This document shows, one piece after another, positions 19,452-28,628 of a DNA stretch of 64,000 nt. The position numbers and the translations under genes are program-made. Location of the stretch: NCBI GenBank assembly GCA_965228735.1, contig OZ245838.1, positions 2,592,001 through 2,656,000 on the forward strand, given 5' to 3'. Position 1 is the first letter of the stretch; every line of letters starts with the position of its first letter. Origin of the DNA: Planctomycetota bacterium. Lineage in GTDB: Bacteria; Planctomycetota; UBA1135; UBA2386. Under the pieces are notes generated by a model. It was given only the letters and a program-made list of their open reading frames with translations, was not told where the DNA came from and made no database searches.

Positions 19452-20255
19452 TTGCGCGACGACCCGCAGCACGGCGCAGCGAAGCGGCGACTCGCCGACG
19501 GCCGCGACGACCTGCTCGTGCAGGAAGAGCCGCTGCTGCTCGTCATCGGCGACCACCAGCTGCTCACGATGCGCACGCCGGGCCGCGACGAGGACCTCGC
19601 GCGCGGCTTCCTGCTCGCGGAGGGGATCGTGCGAACGACAGCCGATGTCACGGCGATGCGCGCCGTCCCCGGCGACCGCGAAGCGCAGCGCGCCGACGAG
19701 CTGCACGTGACGCTCAGAGAGGCGCCCGCCGGTCTCGCGAGCGCCCGCCTCGCGCGCACGCACGAGATCCGCAGTTCGTGCGGCGTCTGCGGCGTCGCCG
19801 ATCCCGCAGCACTGCTCGACGATACGCCGCCGCTGCTACCCGGCATCCCGCGCATCGAGCGCGCCACGCTCACCGGGCTCGTCGCCGAGCTGCGCCGTCG
19901 CCAGCCGTTGTTCGAGAGCACGGGCGGCAGCCACGGCGCGCTGCTCGCCGACATCACCGGCACCGTGCTCGCGACCGGCGAGGACGTCGGCCGCCACAAC
20001 GCGCTCGACAAGGCCATCGGCCAGGCCGCGGCGAGCGGCGCCGACCTCTCCCACGCCGTCGCGCTGCTCTCCGGCCGCGCGGGCTTCGACCTCGTGATCA
20101 AGTGCCTGCGCGTGCAGCTCCCGATCATCGTGTCGGTCTCGGCCCCGAGCGCGCTGTCGTTCGACCTCTGCCACGCCGCCGGCGCGACGCTCATCGGCTT
20201 CGCGCGCGAGGATCGGCTCGAGATCTACTGCGGCCCGAGCCGGGTCGTCGACTGA
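19452..20255 (+). CDS. fdhD: Formate dehydrogenase accessory sulfurtransferase
   Basis: EEPL, TMRTPG.DEDLA.GFL..EG, SSCGVCG, TGGSHGA, EDVGRHNALDKAIG, SGR..FDLV.K, SAPSAL, TLIGF. Start (TTG at 19452) uncertain. Confidence 0.92.
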   Translation: MRDDPQHGAAKRRLADGRDDLLVQEEPLLLVIGDHQLLTMRTPGRDEDLARGFLLAEGIVRTTADVTAMRAVPGDREAQRADELHVTLREAPAGLASARLARTHEIRSSCGVCGVADPAALLDDTPPLLPGIPRIERATLTGLVAELRRRQPLFESTGGSHGALLADITGTVLATGEDVGRHNALDKAIGQAAASGADLSHAVALLSGRAGFDLVIKCLRVQLPIIVSVSAPSALSFDLCHAAGATLIGFAREDRLEIYCGPSRVVD

Positions 20256-20262
20256 GTTCGTC

Positions 20263-20946
20263 TCAGCCCACGGCCACGCGCACCACGATCGCGCCGTCGT
20301 CCGTCATGCCGTCCTCGACGGCCTCGGTGCGGATCGCCGCGAGCTCGGCGCGTTCTTCGGCCGTCGCGAGTTCCAGGTGCTCTGCGCTCTCGGCGTCGAA
20401 CCAGTCGAGGTCGACCGGGGCGAGGTGGAGCCAGTGGCGGAACTCGAGGCGGGCCATCGGCACGTTCGGCAGCGCGGCGACGAAGTCGGCGACCGTCAGG
20501 GTGTCATTGTGCACGCGGCCCTGGCGGCGGTCGATGATCTTGAACCAGCGGTCCCAGCGCTGCATGAGCCGCTGCGATGCGAGGCTCTCGTCGTACCACG
20601 GATCGAGCAGCCAGACCGCGCGGCGCGCGACGCGCTGCGCTTCGGCGAGATGCAACGCGAGGTCGGCGAAGTGATGGGCGCAGAACTCGCTCGCGACGAC
20701 GTCGAACGTGTCGTCCGGGAACGGCAGGCGCTCGCCCTCGACGAGCTGCGCCTCGTAGCCGCGATCGCGCAGCTCGGTGACGTGCGTCGCGTCGGCCTCG
20801 ACGCCGGTCGTCGCCACGCCGGCCTTCACGAGGTGCTGCAGCATCGAACCCGTGCCGCACCCGACGTCGAGCACGGAGTCCGGGCGGTCACCGAGCAGCA
20901 GCTGGCGAAAGTCCGCGCGGTATCGACGCTGGGGACGCGCGTTCAC
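20263..20946 (-). CDS. Class I SAM-dependent methyltransferase
   Basis: VLDVGCGTG, LPFPDDTFDVV, HHF; GTG start overlaps the FGE stop. Confidence 0.88.
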   Translation of the reverse strand: MNARPQRRYRADFRQLLLGDRPDSVLDVGCGTGSMLQHLVKAGVATTGVEADATHVTELRDRGYEAQLVEGERLPFPDDTFDVVASEFCAHHFADLALHLAEAQRVARRAVWLLDPWYDESLASQRLMQRWDRWFKIIDRRQGRVHNDTLTVADFVAALPNVPMARLEFRHWLHLAPVDLDWFDAESAEHLELATAEERAELAAIRTEAVEDGMTDDGAIVVRVAVG

Positions 20947-21983
20947 TTTGCCGCCGGAGGAGGCGCATCCGACACGCAGCGGAAGCCCGTGTGACAGAGC
21001 GACGTATCGGGCGTCGACTTCATCCGCGTGCCGGGCAGGTAGCCGAGGCAGTAGACGTCGCTGCAGAGGAACGACCCGCCCCGCATCACGTGCTTGGTCG
21101 CGCCGGGCTCCTGCGGGTCGAAGCTCTGGCGCGGGCCCTGCGGGTTCTTCGCGAGGCGCGTGGGATCGCCGTAGCCGCGCGGGTGGTAGAGGTCGCTGCA
21201 CCACTCCCAGACGTTGCCCGACATGTCGACGAGGCCGTAGCCGTTGGGCGCGAACGTCCCGACGGGTGCCGTGGTGGCGAAACCATCCTGCTCGAGGTTC
21301 TCGCGCGGGAACGTGCCCTGCCAGATGTTGACGCGCCAGCCGCCGGCACCGGGCGACTCGTCACCCCAGACGTAGCGTTGCTGGTCGAGCCCACCGCGCG
21401 CGGCGAACTCCCACTCGGCCTCGGTCGGCAGCCGCTTGCCTGCCCACTCGCAGTAACGCTGCGCGTCGCGGAAGCTCACGTGCACGACAGGGTGATCGTC
21501 GCGCCCGTCGATCGACGAGCCCGGCCCCTCGGGACAGCGCCAGTTCGCTCCCGGCACGAAGCTCCACCAGCGCCAGAACTCGCGCAGGTCGACCGCCGCG
21601 GGCGGCGGCAGGAACACGAGCGAGCCCGCGACGAGCGACTCCGCGGGCACGCCCGGAAGCTCGGCGGCCGTGGGCGTGCGCTCCGCGTCCGTCACGTAGC
21701 CCGTCGCCTGGACGAAGCGCGCGAACTCGGCGTTGGTCACCTCGGTCCGATCGATCCAGAAGCCGTCGAGCTCGACCTCGTGCAGCGGCGCGTCGATGTC
21801 GCCCTCCTGGCTGCCGAGCGTCGCGCGGCCACCGGCGATCCAGACCATCCCGGCGGGAGCCGCGGTCGGCTGACCGGCTGCGCCACCCGGGTCCGCGGGC
21901 GACGCCTCCGCCGACCCGCACGCAGCCAGCGCGCCCACGACGAGCAGGACGACGATGAACACGGGGCGATGGCGGCGGAGCAT
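20943..21983 (-). CDS. Formylglycine-generating enzyme (FGE/SUMF1) family lipoprotein
   Basis: Lipobox ALAAC; EVTNAEF..FV.ATGY.T.AE, HPVVHVS, RLPTEAEWEFAARGG, DMSGNVWEWC, RGGSFLCSDVYC, HTGFRC. Confidence 0.93.
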   Translation of the reverse strand: MLRRHRPVFIVVLLVVGALAACGSAEASPADPGGAAGQPTAAPAGMVWIAGGRATLGSQEGDIDAPLHEVELDGFWIDRTEVTNAEFARFVQATGYVTDAERTPTAAELPGVPAESLVAGSLVFLPPPAAVDLREFWRWWSFVPGANWRCPEGPGSSIDGRDDHPVVHVSFRDAQRYCEWAGKRLPTEAEWEFAARGGLDQQRYVWGDESPGAGGWRVNIWQGTFPRENLEQDGFATTAPVGTFAPNGYGLVDMSGNVWEWCSDLYHPRGYGDPTRLAKNPQGPRQSFDPQEPGATKHVMRGGSFLCSDVYCLGYLPGTRMKSTPDTSLCHTGFRCVSDAPPPAAK

Positions 21984-22041
21984 CGCACGCGAGTGTACCA
22001 CCTTCACCGGCCACGCCCGAACGCCCTGACCGAACCCCGGA

Positions 22042-22089
22042 CAGAACGACGGCCAGAACGACGAACAGAACGACGAACAGAACGGCGCT
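22042..22089. repeat. Intergenic 12-bp tandem repeat x4 (consensus CAGAACGACGAA)
   Basis: cagaacgacggc cagaacgacgaa cagaacgacgaa cagaacggcgct, upstream of the FGE gene. Confidence 0.85.
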
Positions 22090-23518
22090 ACTCGCGAAGC
22101 GCGGCCAGAACCGCGGCGACGAGCCGTTCGCGCGCGCTCGTCGACACCTTGCCCTTGCCCTTGAGCAGGTTGCGCATCGCCGCGTCGAGCTCGTCGCGCA
22201 CGCTGGCCGGGAGATTCGCCACGACGCCGGCTTCGCCGCCCGGCCCGGCGTCCTGCTGCCCGTCGACGACGAGTTCGTCGCGCCGCGCGTGACTGCGCCC
22301 GCGGACGGCGCGGAAGTGCACGATCGCGCGATCGAGCAGCACCCACGCGTAGCGCGGGCTGCTCACCGGCCCCATCGCGACGAAGCGGCCGGTCTCGCCG
22401 GGCCACAACGACTTCGCGAGCGAACTCGACGACGACCACACCCGCGCGAGCCGCCGCCCGCCGAACCAGCCCGCCGTCGCCCCGACGCCGGCGCCGATCG
22501 CCGCGCCGAGCAGGAACGACGCACCGCCGACGGCGAGATCGATGCCACCGCCGATCACGGCACCCCACGTGGCGCCGTACTTCGCGAGCTGTTCACGCGT
22601 GAGGCCGAACGCGCGCCACGCCGTCTCGGAGAACAGGTCCTCGCGGAGCACGCCGGGCACGGCATCGGCGCGTTCGAGATCGGGGTGGCGGTAGACGCGT
22701 TCGACCGCGTCCCGGGTGCGGGTCTCGTAGTCGCGTTGCGCGTCGCGGAACCGGCGCTCGAGATCTTCGCGCACCTCGGCGTCGTCCGCGCCCTCGGCCA
22801 CGGCGCGCTTCTCGACGTGCGACAGCGCATCCGCGAGCATCGAGCCGATGTGGGTCGCGGCCCGCTGCTCGCGCTCGCGCCACTCGCTCTCCATGGCCGC
22901 GACGGCCTCGTCGATCACGGCGCTCCACTCGGGCCGGATCTCGCGGAAGCCACGCAGGAGCGCCGTGCGATCGGCGAACCCCGCGCCGTGCGCGTCGAAC
23001 TCGCGCACGATGTGGAAGAACTGCGTCAGCGTCGGGCGCCACTCGGCGACGTGGTCGCGCTGCCGCACGCGGTTGACGAGCGCCATCGCGGGCTGCCCGG
23101 TCCAGCGCAGGATCTCCATCTCGGCCTCGTTGCTCGGCTCGAGATGGCTCGACGCGTCGACGACGTAGAGGATGCCGGCGCCATCGAGGATCGGCCGCAG
23201 CAGCTCGACCTCGTCGTGGAACTCGCCGCTGCTGCCGTGCGTCTCGACGAACGCGCGCACCGCGCCGGGCCGGGCCGCGGCGTTGTCCGCGTGCTGCCGC
23301 AACCACTCGAGCGCCTGCCGCGCGCGCTGGAAGCCCGGGGTGTCGACGATGCGAAACAGCTCGCGGTCGCCGACGCGAAAGACGTAGATCCCCGCGCGCG
23401 CCGTCGTGCCGGGGTAGGTGTCGATCGGGATCGTCTCGTTCTCCGAGAGCGCCGCCACGACGGACGACTTACCCTGGTTGACGTTGCCGACGACGACGAA
23501 GACCGGGGCGTCGCTCAC
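22088..23518 (-). CDS. GTPase / DUF3482-type membrane-associated protein
   Basis: VVGNVNQGKSS (P-loop), PGTT, VDTPG, LYVVD, EMEILRWTGQP.MALVN; Gly-rich hydrophobic hairpin near the C-terminus. Confidence 0.85.
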   Translation of the reverse strand: MSDAPVFVVVGNVNQGKSSVVAALSENETIPIDTYPGTTARAGIYVFRVGDRELFRIVDTPGFQRARQALEWLRQHADNAAARPGAVRAFVETHGSSGEFHDEVELLRPILDGAGILYVVDASSHLEPSNEAEMEILRWTGQPAMALVNRVRQRDHVAEWRPTLTQFFHIVREFDAHGAGFADRTALLRGFREIRPEWSAVIDEAVAAMESEWREREQRAATHIGSMLADALSHVEKRAVAEGADDAEVREDLERRFRDAQRDYETRTRDAVERVYRHPDLERADAVPGVLREDLFSETAWRAFGLTREQLAKYGATWGAVIGGGIDLAVGGASFLLGAAIGAGVGATAGWFGGRRLARVWSSSSSLAKSLWPGETGRFVAMGPVSSPRYAWVLLDRAIVHFRAVRGRSHARRDELVVDGQQDAGPGGEAGVVANLPASVRDELDAAMRNLLKGKGKVSTSARERLVAAVLAALRE

Positions 23519-25041
23519 GTCCGCGCCCCCATCGGCTCGACCCAGAGGTAGGGGTCGTCGAGCGCGCCAAGCGAACGGCGCCAGGCCTCGAGCTCGTCGG
23601 GTTCGGCGTCGTGGAAGGTGCCATCCGCGCTGAAGTCGACGAGCCCGACGACGACCGGGGTCGAGCCCTGCAGTTCGGCCCGCAGCAGCCGCAGGAACGC
23701 GAGCACGTCGGCCGTCGGCTGGTGCCCGGCCGCGGCGACGAACGCGACCCGCGCGACCTTCGCCTGCCCGACGGCCCGGACCGCAGCCCGATCGGCGTCG
23801 AGGTCCGCCGTGCCCGCCGCTGCGAGCGTCAGCTTCGCGGTGCCGAACCGCCGCTCGGCGAGCGCGCGGATCCGGTCGCGCTGCCGCGCCATGCTGCCCC
23901 ACATCACGGCCGCCGTCGGGGCGCCGGGCAGTTCGGGCGCGTTCGCCGCCGCCGGCCCGCTGCCCTCGACAGGCGCAGCTCCGACGACGTCCGCAGGTCG
24001 CGGGCCCTGCCAGACGGCGCTCGGCGGCAACACGCGGTCGTAGAGCTGCTGATAGCCCGCGTGATCGAGCGAGGCGGTGCGCAGCGCGCGGCGGGCGAGA
24101 CCGGCGCCGAACAGCCACGCGACGAGCCGCGGCAGCAGGCCGTAGGTGACGAGGCCCGCGACGAGGAACCGCCACCAGGTGTCGGCGATCGTGAGGGCCG
24201 CCTCCGGCTCGGTCTGCTCCACGAACTCGCCCGGCATGCGGGCCCATTGACTCGCCGCGACGGCATCGAGCGGCACGACGGCAGAGTCGACGTAGGCGAA
24301 CGGCAACGCGAGCCACGTCACGATCGCGTGCACGGTCTCGGACTCGAGCTTGAGCGTCGTCGACCACGAGAACACGAGGTCGGTGAAGAAGATCGCGTAG
24401 AGCGCCGCGAGCAGGGCGCCGACGTTGAACGCGACACCGAAGCGCTGCGCCAGCGCGAACAACGTCCACCGTTCTGCTTCCGAGTAGGCCCCGCCCCGTG
24501 CTTTCGGACCGTGGAGCACGCGCAGGAGCCCGAGCAGGTCGTGCCCCTTGCCGCCGAGGCGGTGCGCGAGCCAGGCGATCGGCCGGTGCAGCAGCCCGAC
24601 ACCCGCGCCGCTAGAGCGCGCGCGCACGACGAATACGACGAGCGCGACGAGCAGCACGATCTGCAGCAGGCAGAAGCACGCGACGAACGGCAGCACGTTC
24701 ACCGGCACCGAGCCGTCATACGCGAGCAGCGTGCTCGCCGCGCCACCGCCGAGCAGCAGGCCGAGCCCGGTGAGGGCGAGGCCGGCGAACCACAACCCGC
24801 GCTCGAGCCACGAGCCGGGCAGGTCGGGCTGGCGCTGGCGAACCGCGGCGAGCCACGCGACCGCGAGCTCCTGGCGGAACTGGCGATCGTCGTCGACGAG
24901 CCGCCGCGCCGCAGCCGCGTCGACTCCGCGCGCGGCCGTGACGGCCTGGCCGACCGCGCGTTCGTCGGCGCGCGAAAGCACGGCGCCGTCCTCGCGCAGC
25001 AACCACTCGAGATCGGCCAGGGCAGCGAGGGAAAGCGTCAT
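23515..25041 (-). CDS. DUF2868-type multi-pass membrane protein
   Basis: LLAYDGSVPVNV, TDLVFSWSTTL, WW.FL...LVTYGLLPRL; overlaps the GTPase gene, the usual arrangement for this pair. Confidence 0.8.
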   Translation of the reverse strand: MTLSLAALADLEWLLREDGAVLSRADERAVGQAVTAARGVDAAAARRLVDDDRQFRQELAVAWLAAVRQRQPDLPGSWLERGLWFAGLALTGLGLLLGGGAASTLLAYDGSVPVNVLPFVACFCLLQIVLLVALVVFVVRARSSGAGVGLLHRPIAWLAHRLGGKGHDLLGLLRVLHGPKARGGAYSEAERWTLFALAQRFGVAFNVGALLAALYAIFFTDLVFSWSTTLKLESETVHAIVTWLALPFAYVDSAVVPLDAVAASQWARMPGEFVEQTEPEAALTIADTWWRFLVAGLVTYGLLPRLVAWLFGAGLARRALRTASLDHAGYQQLYDRVLPPSAVWQGPRPADVVGAAPVEGSGPAAANAPELPGAPTAAVMWGSMARQRDRIRALAERRFGTAKLTLAAAGTADLDADRAAVRAVGQAKVARVAFVAAAGHQPTADVLAFLRLLRAELQGSTPVVVGLVDFSADGTFHDAEPDELEAWRRSLGALDDPYLWVEPMGART

Positions 25042-25112
25042 CCGAGCCGACGATCCTATGGCCCGGCTCGCGGATTCGAAGCGTTAGATCGCCTCCCGCG
25101 GCGACGGCCGCG

Positions 25113-25697
25113 TCAGACTTCGAGGTGGCGCGGGCCGGTCGTCCCGGCGATCTGCAGCGCGCCGATATGGGCGGCGAGCACCGACTCGAGCACGTTCAGC
25201 GCCTTGCAGTCCGGCACGAGGTTCTCGCGCGCCGAGTCGAAGATCGTGGCCGTCAGCGCGCCGCGCAGGAACTCGACGATCCGCAGCGCCGGGCCGATGC
25301 AGTGCTCGATCTTCGGCCCCGTGCCGCAGAGCAGCGGCAGCCACTGGCTCGCGACCGCGTGACACGTGCTGGCGTCGGTCTGGCCCGCGAGGATCGCGTT
25401 GAGCCAGGCGCGCGCAGCGCGCCGGCGGCGGTTGAGCACGGACACGGCGATCGGCTGGACGTTGCCGTGTTCGAGCGCGCGCCGGTTCTGCAGCGCGATA
25501 GTGAAGTTGACGACCGAGCGCACGATCGCGGGCACGACGGGTGAGGCGCGCTCGTTGAGCAGCTCGATGTCCGCCGCCGGCAGATCGATCGGCCGCGTGC
25601 TGACGCTGCGCGGCTCGAGGAACAGGAACGGCCGCGGCGCCTTGGTCTCGATGGTGCCGGCGGGGATCTCGGTAGTCGATTCGGCGGACTTCGTCAT
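25113..25697 (-). CDS. Hypothetical protein, possibly a degenerate protoglobin-like fold
   Basis: ATG at 25697; helical pattern ADIELL...PAIV..VVNF...RAWL.AIL.G..D. Confidence 0.65.
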   Translation of the reverse strand: MTKSAESTTEIPAGTIETKAPRPFLFLEPRSVSTRPIDLPAADIELLNERASPVVPAIVRSVVNFTIALQNRRALEHGNVQPIAVSVLNRRRRAARAWLNAILAGQTDASTCHAVASQWLPLLCGTGPKIEHCIGPALRIVEFLRGALTATIFDSARENLVPDCKALNVLESVLAAHIGALQIAGTTGPRHLEV

Positions 25698-25794
25698 GGC
25701 CGTGCTATCGGCCCGACGCCGGCGTGGCCTCGAGCGAATCGTCGGCAACCCGAACGCCGGGAGGCCGGCTGTCGAGAATCCCGACAGCGCGTCG

Positions 25795-26580
25795 TCACGA
25801 CGCGCGCCAGAGCGCTCCCAGCTCCCGATCGACCAGCTCCCGATCGGGCGGCCCCGCATCGAGCAGGGCCGCCGCGCGCGGGCCGTAGACCGCGTTGCTC
25901 GTCGCGAGCGCCTCGGCGCGATGCACGTCACCGAGGTCGACGGCGCGTTCTTCGAGCAGTTTGCCGCCATCCCGTTCGAGCAGCACCTGCCGCGCGATAC
26001 CGGGCAGCACACGACCGTCGAGCGGCGGCGTGACCCAGCGGCCGTCGAGCCGCAGCCACAGGTTCGCGACCGCGGTCTCGAGCACCGCGCCGTCACTCGC
26101 CACGACGATGCCGTCGTCCGCGCCGCCGTCCTGGGCCTGTTGCAACACCTGGTCGTAGAACGTGCGTGGCTGCCCCTTGAGGTCCGCCGGCGGGATCGCG
26201 CCGGTGCGCTCGACGACCGTCGGGAGCAGCGATACGCGACTGGCCGGGCTGCGCGGGCGCGTCGTCATCGCGACGTGCGTGCGGTCGCCGACCGGCAGCA
26301 GCGCGAGCCGCAGCACGCCGTCCGTGTTGCCGGTCTGCACGAGCAGTTCGCCCGCCGCGGCGCGCCAATCAGCCGTCGGCCAGTCACCGTCGTCAGGCGA
26401 ACGATCACCGACGACCAGACCGGCGCGCTGCGCCGCGTTGGCCAACCGCTGCAGGTGACGGTCCCAGAGCGGCACCTGCGCCGCCTTCGCCCCCATCGTT
26501 TCGAACGGCGCGATCACGTCGGGATCGGGCCGCGGCAGCCGCGCGGTCGTCACGAACTCGCCATCGAGCCAGGCCATCAT
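25795..26580 (-). CDS. pabC: Aminotransferase class IV (aminodeoxychorismate lyase-like)
   Basis: WLDGEF, FETM, HLQRL, DLK, VLETAVANL, TPPL..RVLPGIAR, TSNAV; overlaps the pabB-like gene. Confidence 0.8.
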   Translation of the reverse strand: MMAWLDGEFVTTARLPRPDPDVIAPFETMGAKAAQVPLWDRHLQRLANAAQRAGLVVGDRSPDDGDWPTADWRAAAGELLVQTGNTDGVLRLALLPVGDRTHVAMTTRPRSPASRVSLLPTVVERTGAIPPADLKGQPRTFYDQVLQQAQDGGADDGIVVASDGAVLETAVANLWLRLDGRWVTPPLDGRVLPGIARQVLLERDGGKLLEERAVDLGDVHRAEALATSNAVYGPRAAALLDAGPPDRELVDRELGALWRAS

Positions 26581-27839
26581 GTCGCGTTCTCCTCGTCGCC
26601 GTCGCCGGGCAGGCGGATGCGGGCGCCGAGCGCGTGCCGGAGTCCCGCCATCTTGTCGAGCGACTCCTGCCACTCGGCCGCCGGATCGCTGAGCGCCGTG
26701 ATGCCGCCGCCCGCGTTGCCGCGCAGTCGACCGGCCCGGTGCACGAGCGTCCGGATCGCGATGTTGAGGTGCATCGTGTCACCGGGGCCGAACCATCCGA
26801 TCGCGCCCGTGTAGACGCCCCGCCGCGCGACCTCGAGCGCCTCGATGATCTCGAGGCAGCGCAGCTTGGGGCAGCCCGTGATCGAGCCGCCCGGCAGCGT
26901 CGCGCGCAGCAGATCGACGGCGCTCGTTCCCGGCTGCAGCTGCGCGGTCACGGTGGCAAACAGGTGATGCACCTGCGCGAACGAGTCGTGCTCGGGGAAC
27001 GGCCCCACCGCGACCGTTCCCGTCGCCGCGACCTTCCCGATGTCGTTGCGCAGCAGGTCGACGATCATCGCGAGCTCGGCCTGGTCCTTCTCGCTCGTCA
27101 GCAACTCCGCGAGCAGCGCGCGGTCCGCGGCCGGATCGGTGCTGCGCGGCCGCGTGCCCTTGATCGGCCGCGCCCGCACCGCGTCGCCATCGCGCCACAG
27201 GAACTCCTCGGGCGAACTGCTGAGCACTGCCGTGCCCGCGCCGTCCTCGACGTAGCAGCAGAACGGCGCCGGGCTCGCGGCGCACAGCTGCCAGAACAAC
27301 GCGCGCGGGTCGCCGTTCCAGTCGGCGGTGAACGGCTGCGTGAGGTTGGCCTGGAAGATGTCACCCGCGCGGATGTGCTCGATGACCGCCTCGACCCGCC
27401 GTTCGTAGTCGCGGCGCGGCACGCTGCCGACGAGTTCCGCGACCTCGGCGCGCAGCTGTTGCGGCGGCGACGGCGCCGCGGGTGCTAGGGCGAACTCCCG
27501 GACCGTGCGATAGGCCGCCACGTGCAGCACGGGCACGGCGAAGTCCTCGGGGATCGATCGCGGCCACGCCTCGATGTCGAGGCCGAGGTCGTAGCCGAGC
27601 CAGCCGACGACGCGCCGCTCGCGGTGCTCCCGCAGGAACCCGTCGAGCGCCGCGAGCGCGCCGGCCGGCTGCGCGACGGTCAGCTGCGCGACCGGGTCGA
27701 CGAAGAGCGTCGCCGGCCCGCGCCCGCCGCTGTGCAGCATCGCGATGGGCCCAGCCCGCGCGGCGTCGAGCAACGCCTCGAACGGCGCCGAACCGACCGC
27801 GTCGGCATCGACCCCATCAGCGCGCGCGTTGCCGGCCAC
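26577..27839 (-). CDS. pabB: Aminodeoxychorismate synthase component I / anthranilate synthase I family
   Basis: GDIFQANL, SSSPEEFL, RPIKGTRPR, SEKDQAELAMIVDLLRND, PGGSITGCPK, RGVYTGAIG, NIAIRT, GGGI...SDP..EW.E. Confidence 0.88.
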   Translation of the reverse strand: MAGNARADGVDADAVGSAPFEALLDAARAGPIAMLHSGGRGPATLFVDPVAQLTVAQPAGALAALDGFLREHRERRVVGWLGYDLGLDIEAWPRSIPEDFAVPVLHVAAYRTVREFALAPAAPSPPQQLRAEVAELVGSVPRRDYERRVEAVIEHIRAGDIFQANLTQPFTADWNGDPRALFWQLCAASPAPFCCYVEDGAGTAVLSSSPEEFLWRDGDAVRARPIKGTRPRSTDPAADRALLAELLTSEKDQAELAMIVDLLRNDIGKVAATGTVAVGPFPEHDSFAQVHHLFATVTAQLQPGTSAVDLLRATLPGGSITGCPKLRCLEIIEALEVARRGVYTGAIGWFGPGDTMHLNIAIRTLVHRAGRLRGNAGGGITALSDPAAEWQESLDKMAGLRHALGARIRLPGDGDEENAT

Positions 27840-27845
27840 CGCGGC

Positions 27846-28628
27846 CTACTCGCGGATCCAGGACGGCTTGCGCTTCTCGAGGAACGCGGCCATCCCTTCC
27901 TTCATCTCGGCGGTGCTGCTGATGATGCCGAACAGATCGGCCTCGACCTCGAGCGCGTCATCGAGCGGCAGGTGCGCCCCGCGGCGCACGCTCTGCTTGG
28001 CCATCGCGACCGCCGTCCTGCCGCGCGAGATCGCCGCCGCCGCGATCTTGTGGCAGTGCGCCAGCAGGTCGCCCTGCTCGACGACCGCGTTCACGAGGCC
28101 GATCCGGAGCGCTTCGTCGGCGCCGATCGGGTCACCCGTGAGGATCATCTGCATCGCGACGCCGGAGCCGACGAGCCGCGGCAGACGCTGCGTGCCGCCG
28201 TAGCCCGGGATGATGCCGAGCGAGACCTCGGGCAACCCGAGTTTGGCGTTGGTCGACGCGAAGCGCATGTCGCACGCGAGCGCGATCTCGAGGCCGCCGC
28301 CGAGCGCGAAGCCGTTGATGGCCGCGATCGTGGGTTTGCCCATCGTCGACAGCCGATTCATCATCGCCTGCCCCTTCTGCGCCGTCGCCTTGCCATCGAC
28401 GACGCCCTGGTTCGCGAGCTCGCCGATGTCGGCGCCCGCGACGAAGAACTTCTCGCCCGCGCCCGTGAGCACGACCGCGCCGACACCGTCGTCGTCCGCG
28501 AGGGTCGCGAACGTCTCGTCGAGCTCACCGATGAGCTCGGCCGACAGCGCGTTGGCCTTCGGGCGGTCGATCGTGACGGTGGCGATGTGCCCGGCGCGTT
28601 CGACCCGCAGGTGTCGCGGCTCACTCAC
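27846..28628 (-). CDS. Enoyl-CoA hydratase (crotonase)
   Basis: IDRPKANAL, FFVAGADI, AAINGFALGGGLEIALACD, GLPEVSLGIIPGYGGTQRL, AFLEKRKP. GTG at 28628. Confidence 0.95.
   Translation of the reverse strand: MSEPRHLRVERAGHIATVTIDRPKANALSAELIGELDETFATLADDDGVGAVVLTGAGEKFFVAGADIGELANQGVVDGKATAQKGQAMMNRLSTMGKPTIAAINGFALGGGLEIALACDMRFASTNAKLGLPEVSLGIIPGYGGTQRLPRLVGSGVAMQMILTGDPIGADEALRIGLVNAVVEQGDLLAHCHKIAAAAISRGRTAVAMAKQSVRRGAHLPLDDALEVEADLFGIISSTAEMKEGMAAFLEKRKPSWIRE

Noticed and set aside
22042..22089. CRISPR array
   Set aside because: Units are 12 bp, head-to-tail, with no spacers and no cas genes.
26577..27839. Secondary-metabolite (chorismate-derived) gene cluster
   Set aside because: The pabB/pabC-like pair is flanked by housekeeping genes with no NRPS/PKS or tailoring set; folate precursor synthesis is sufficient explanation.
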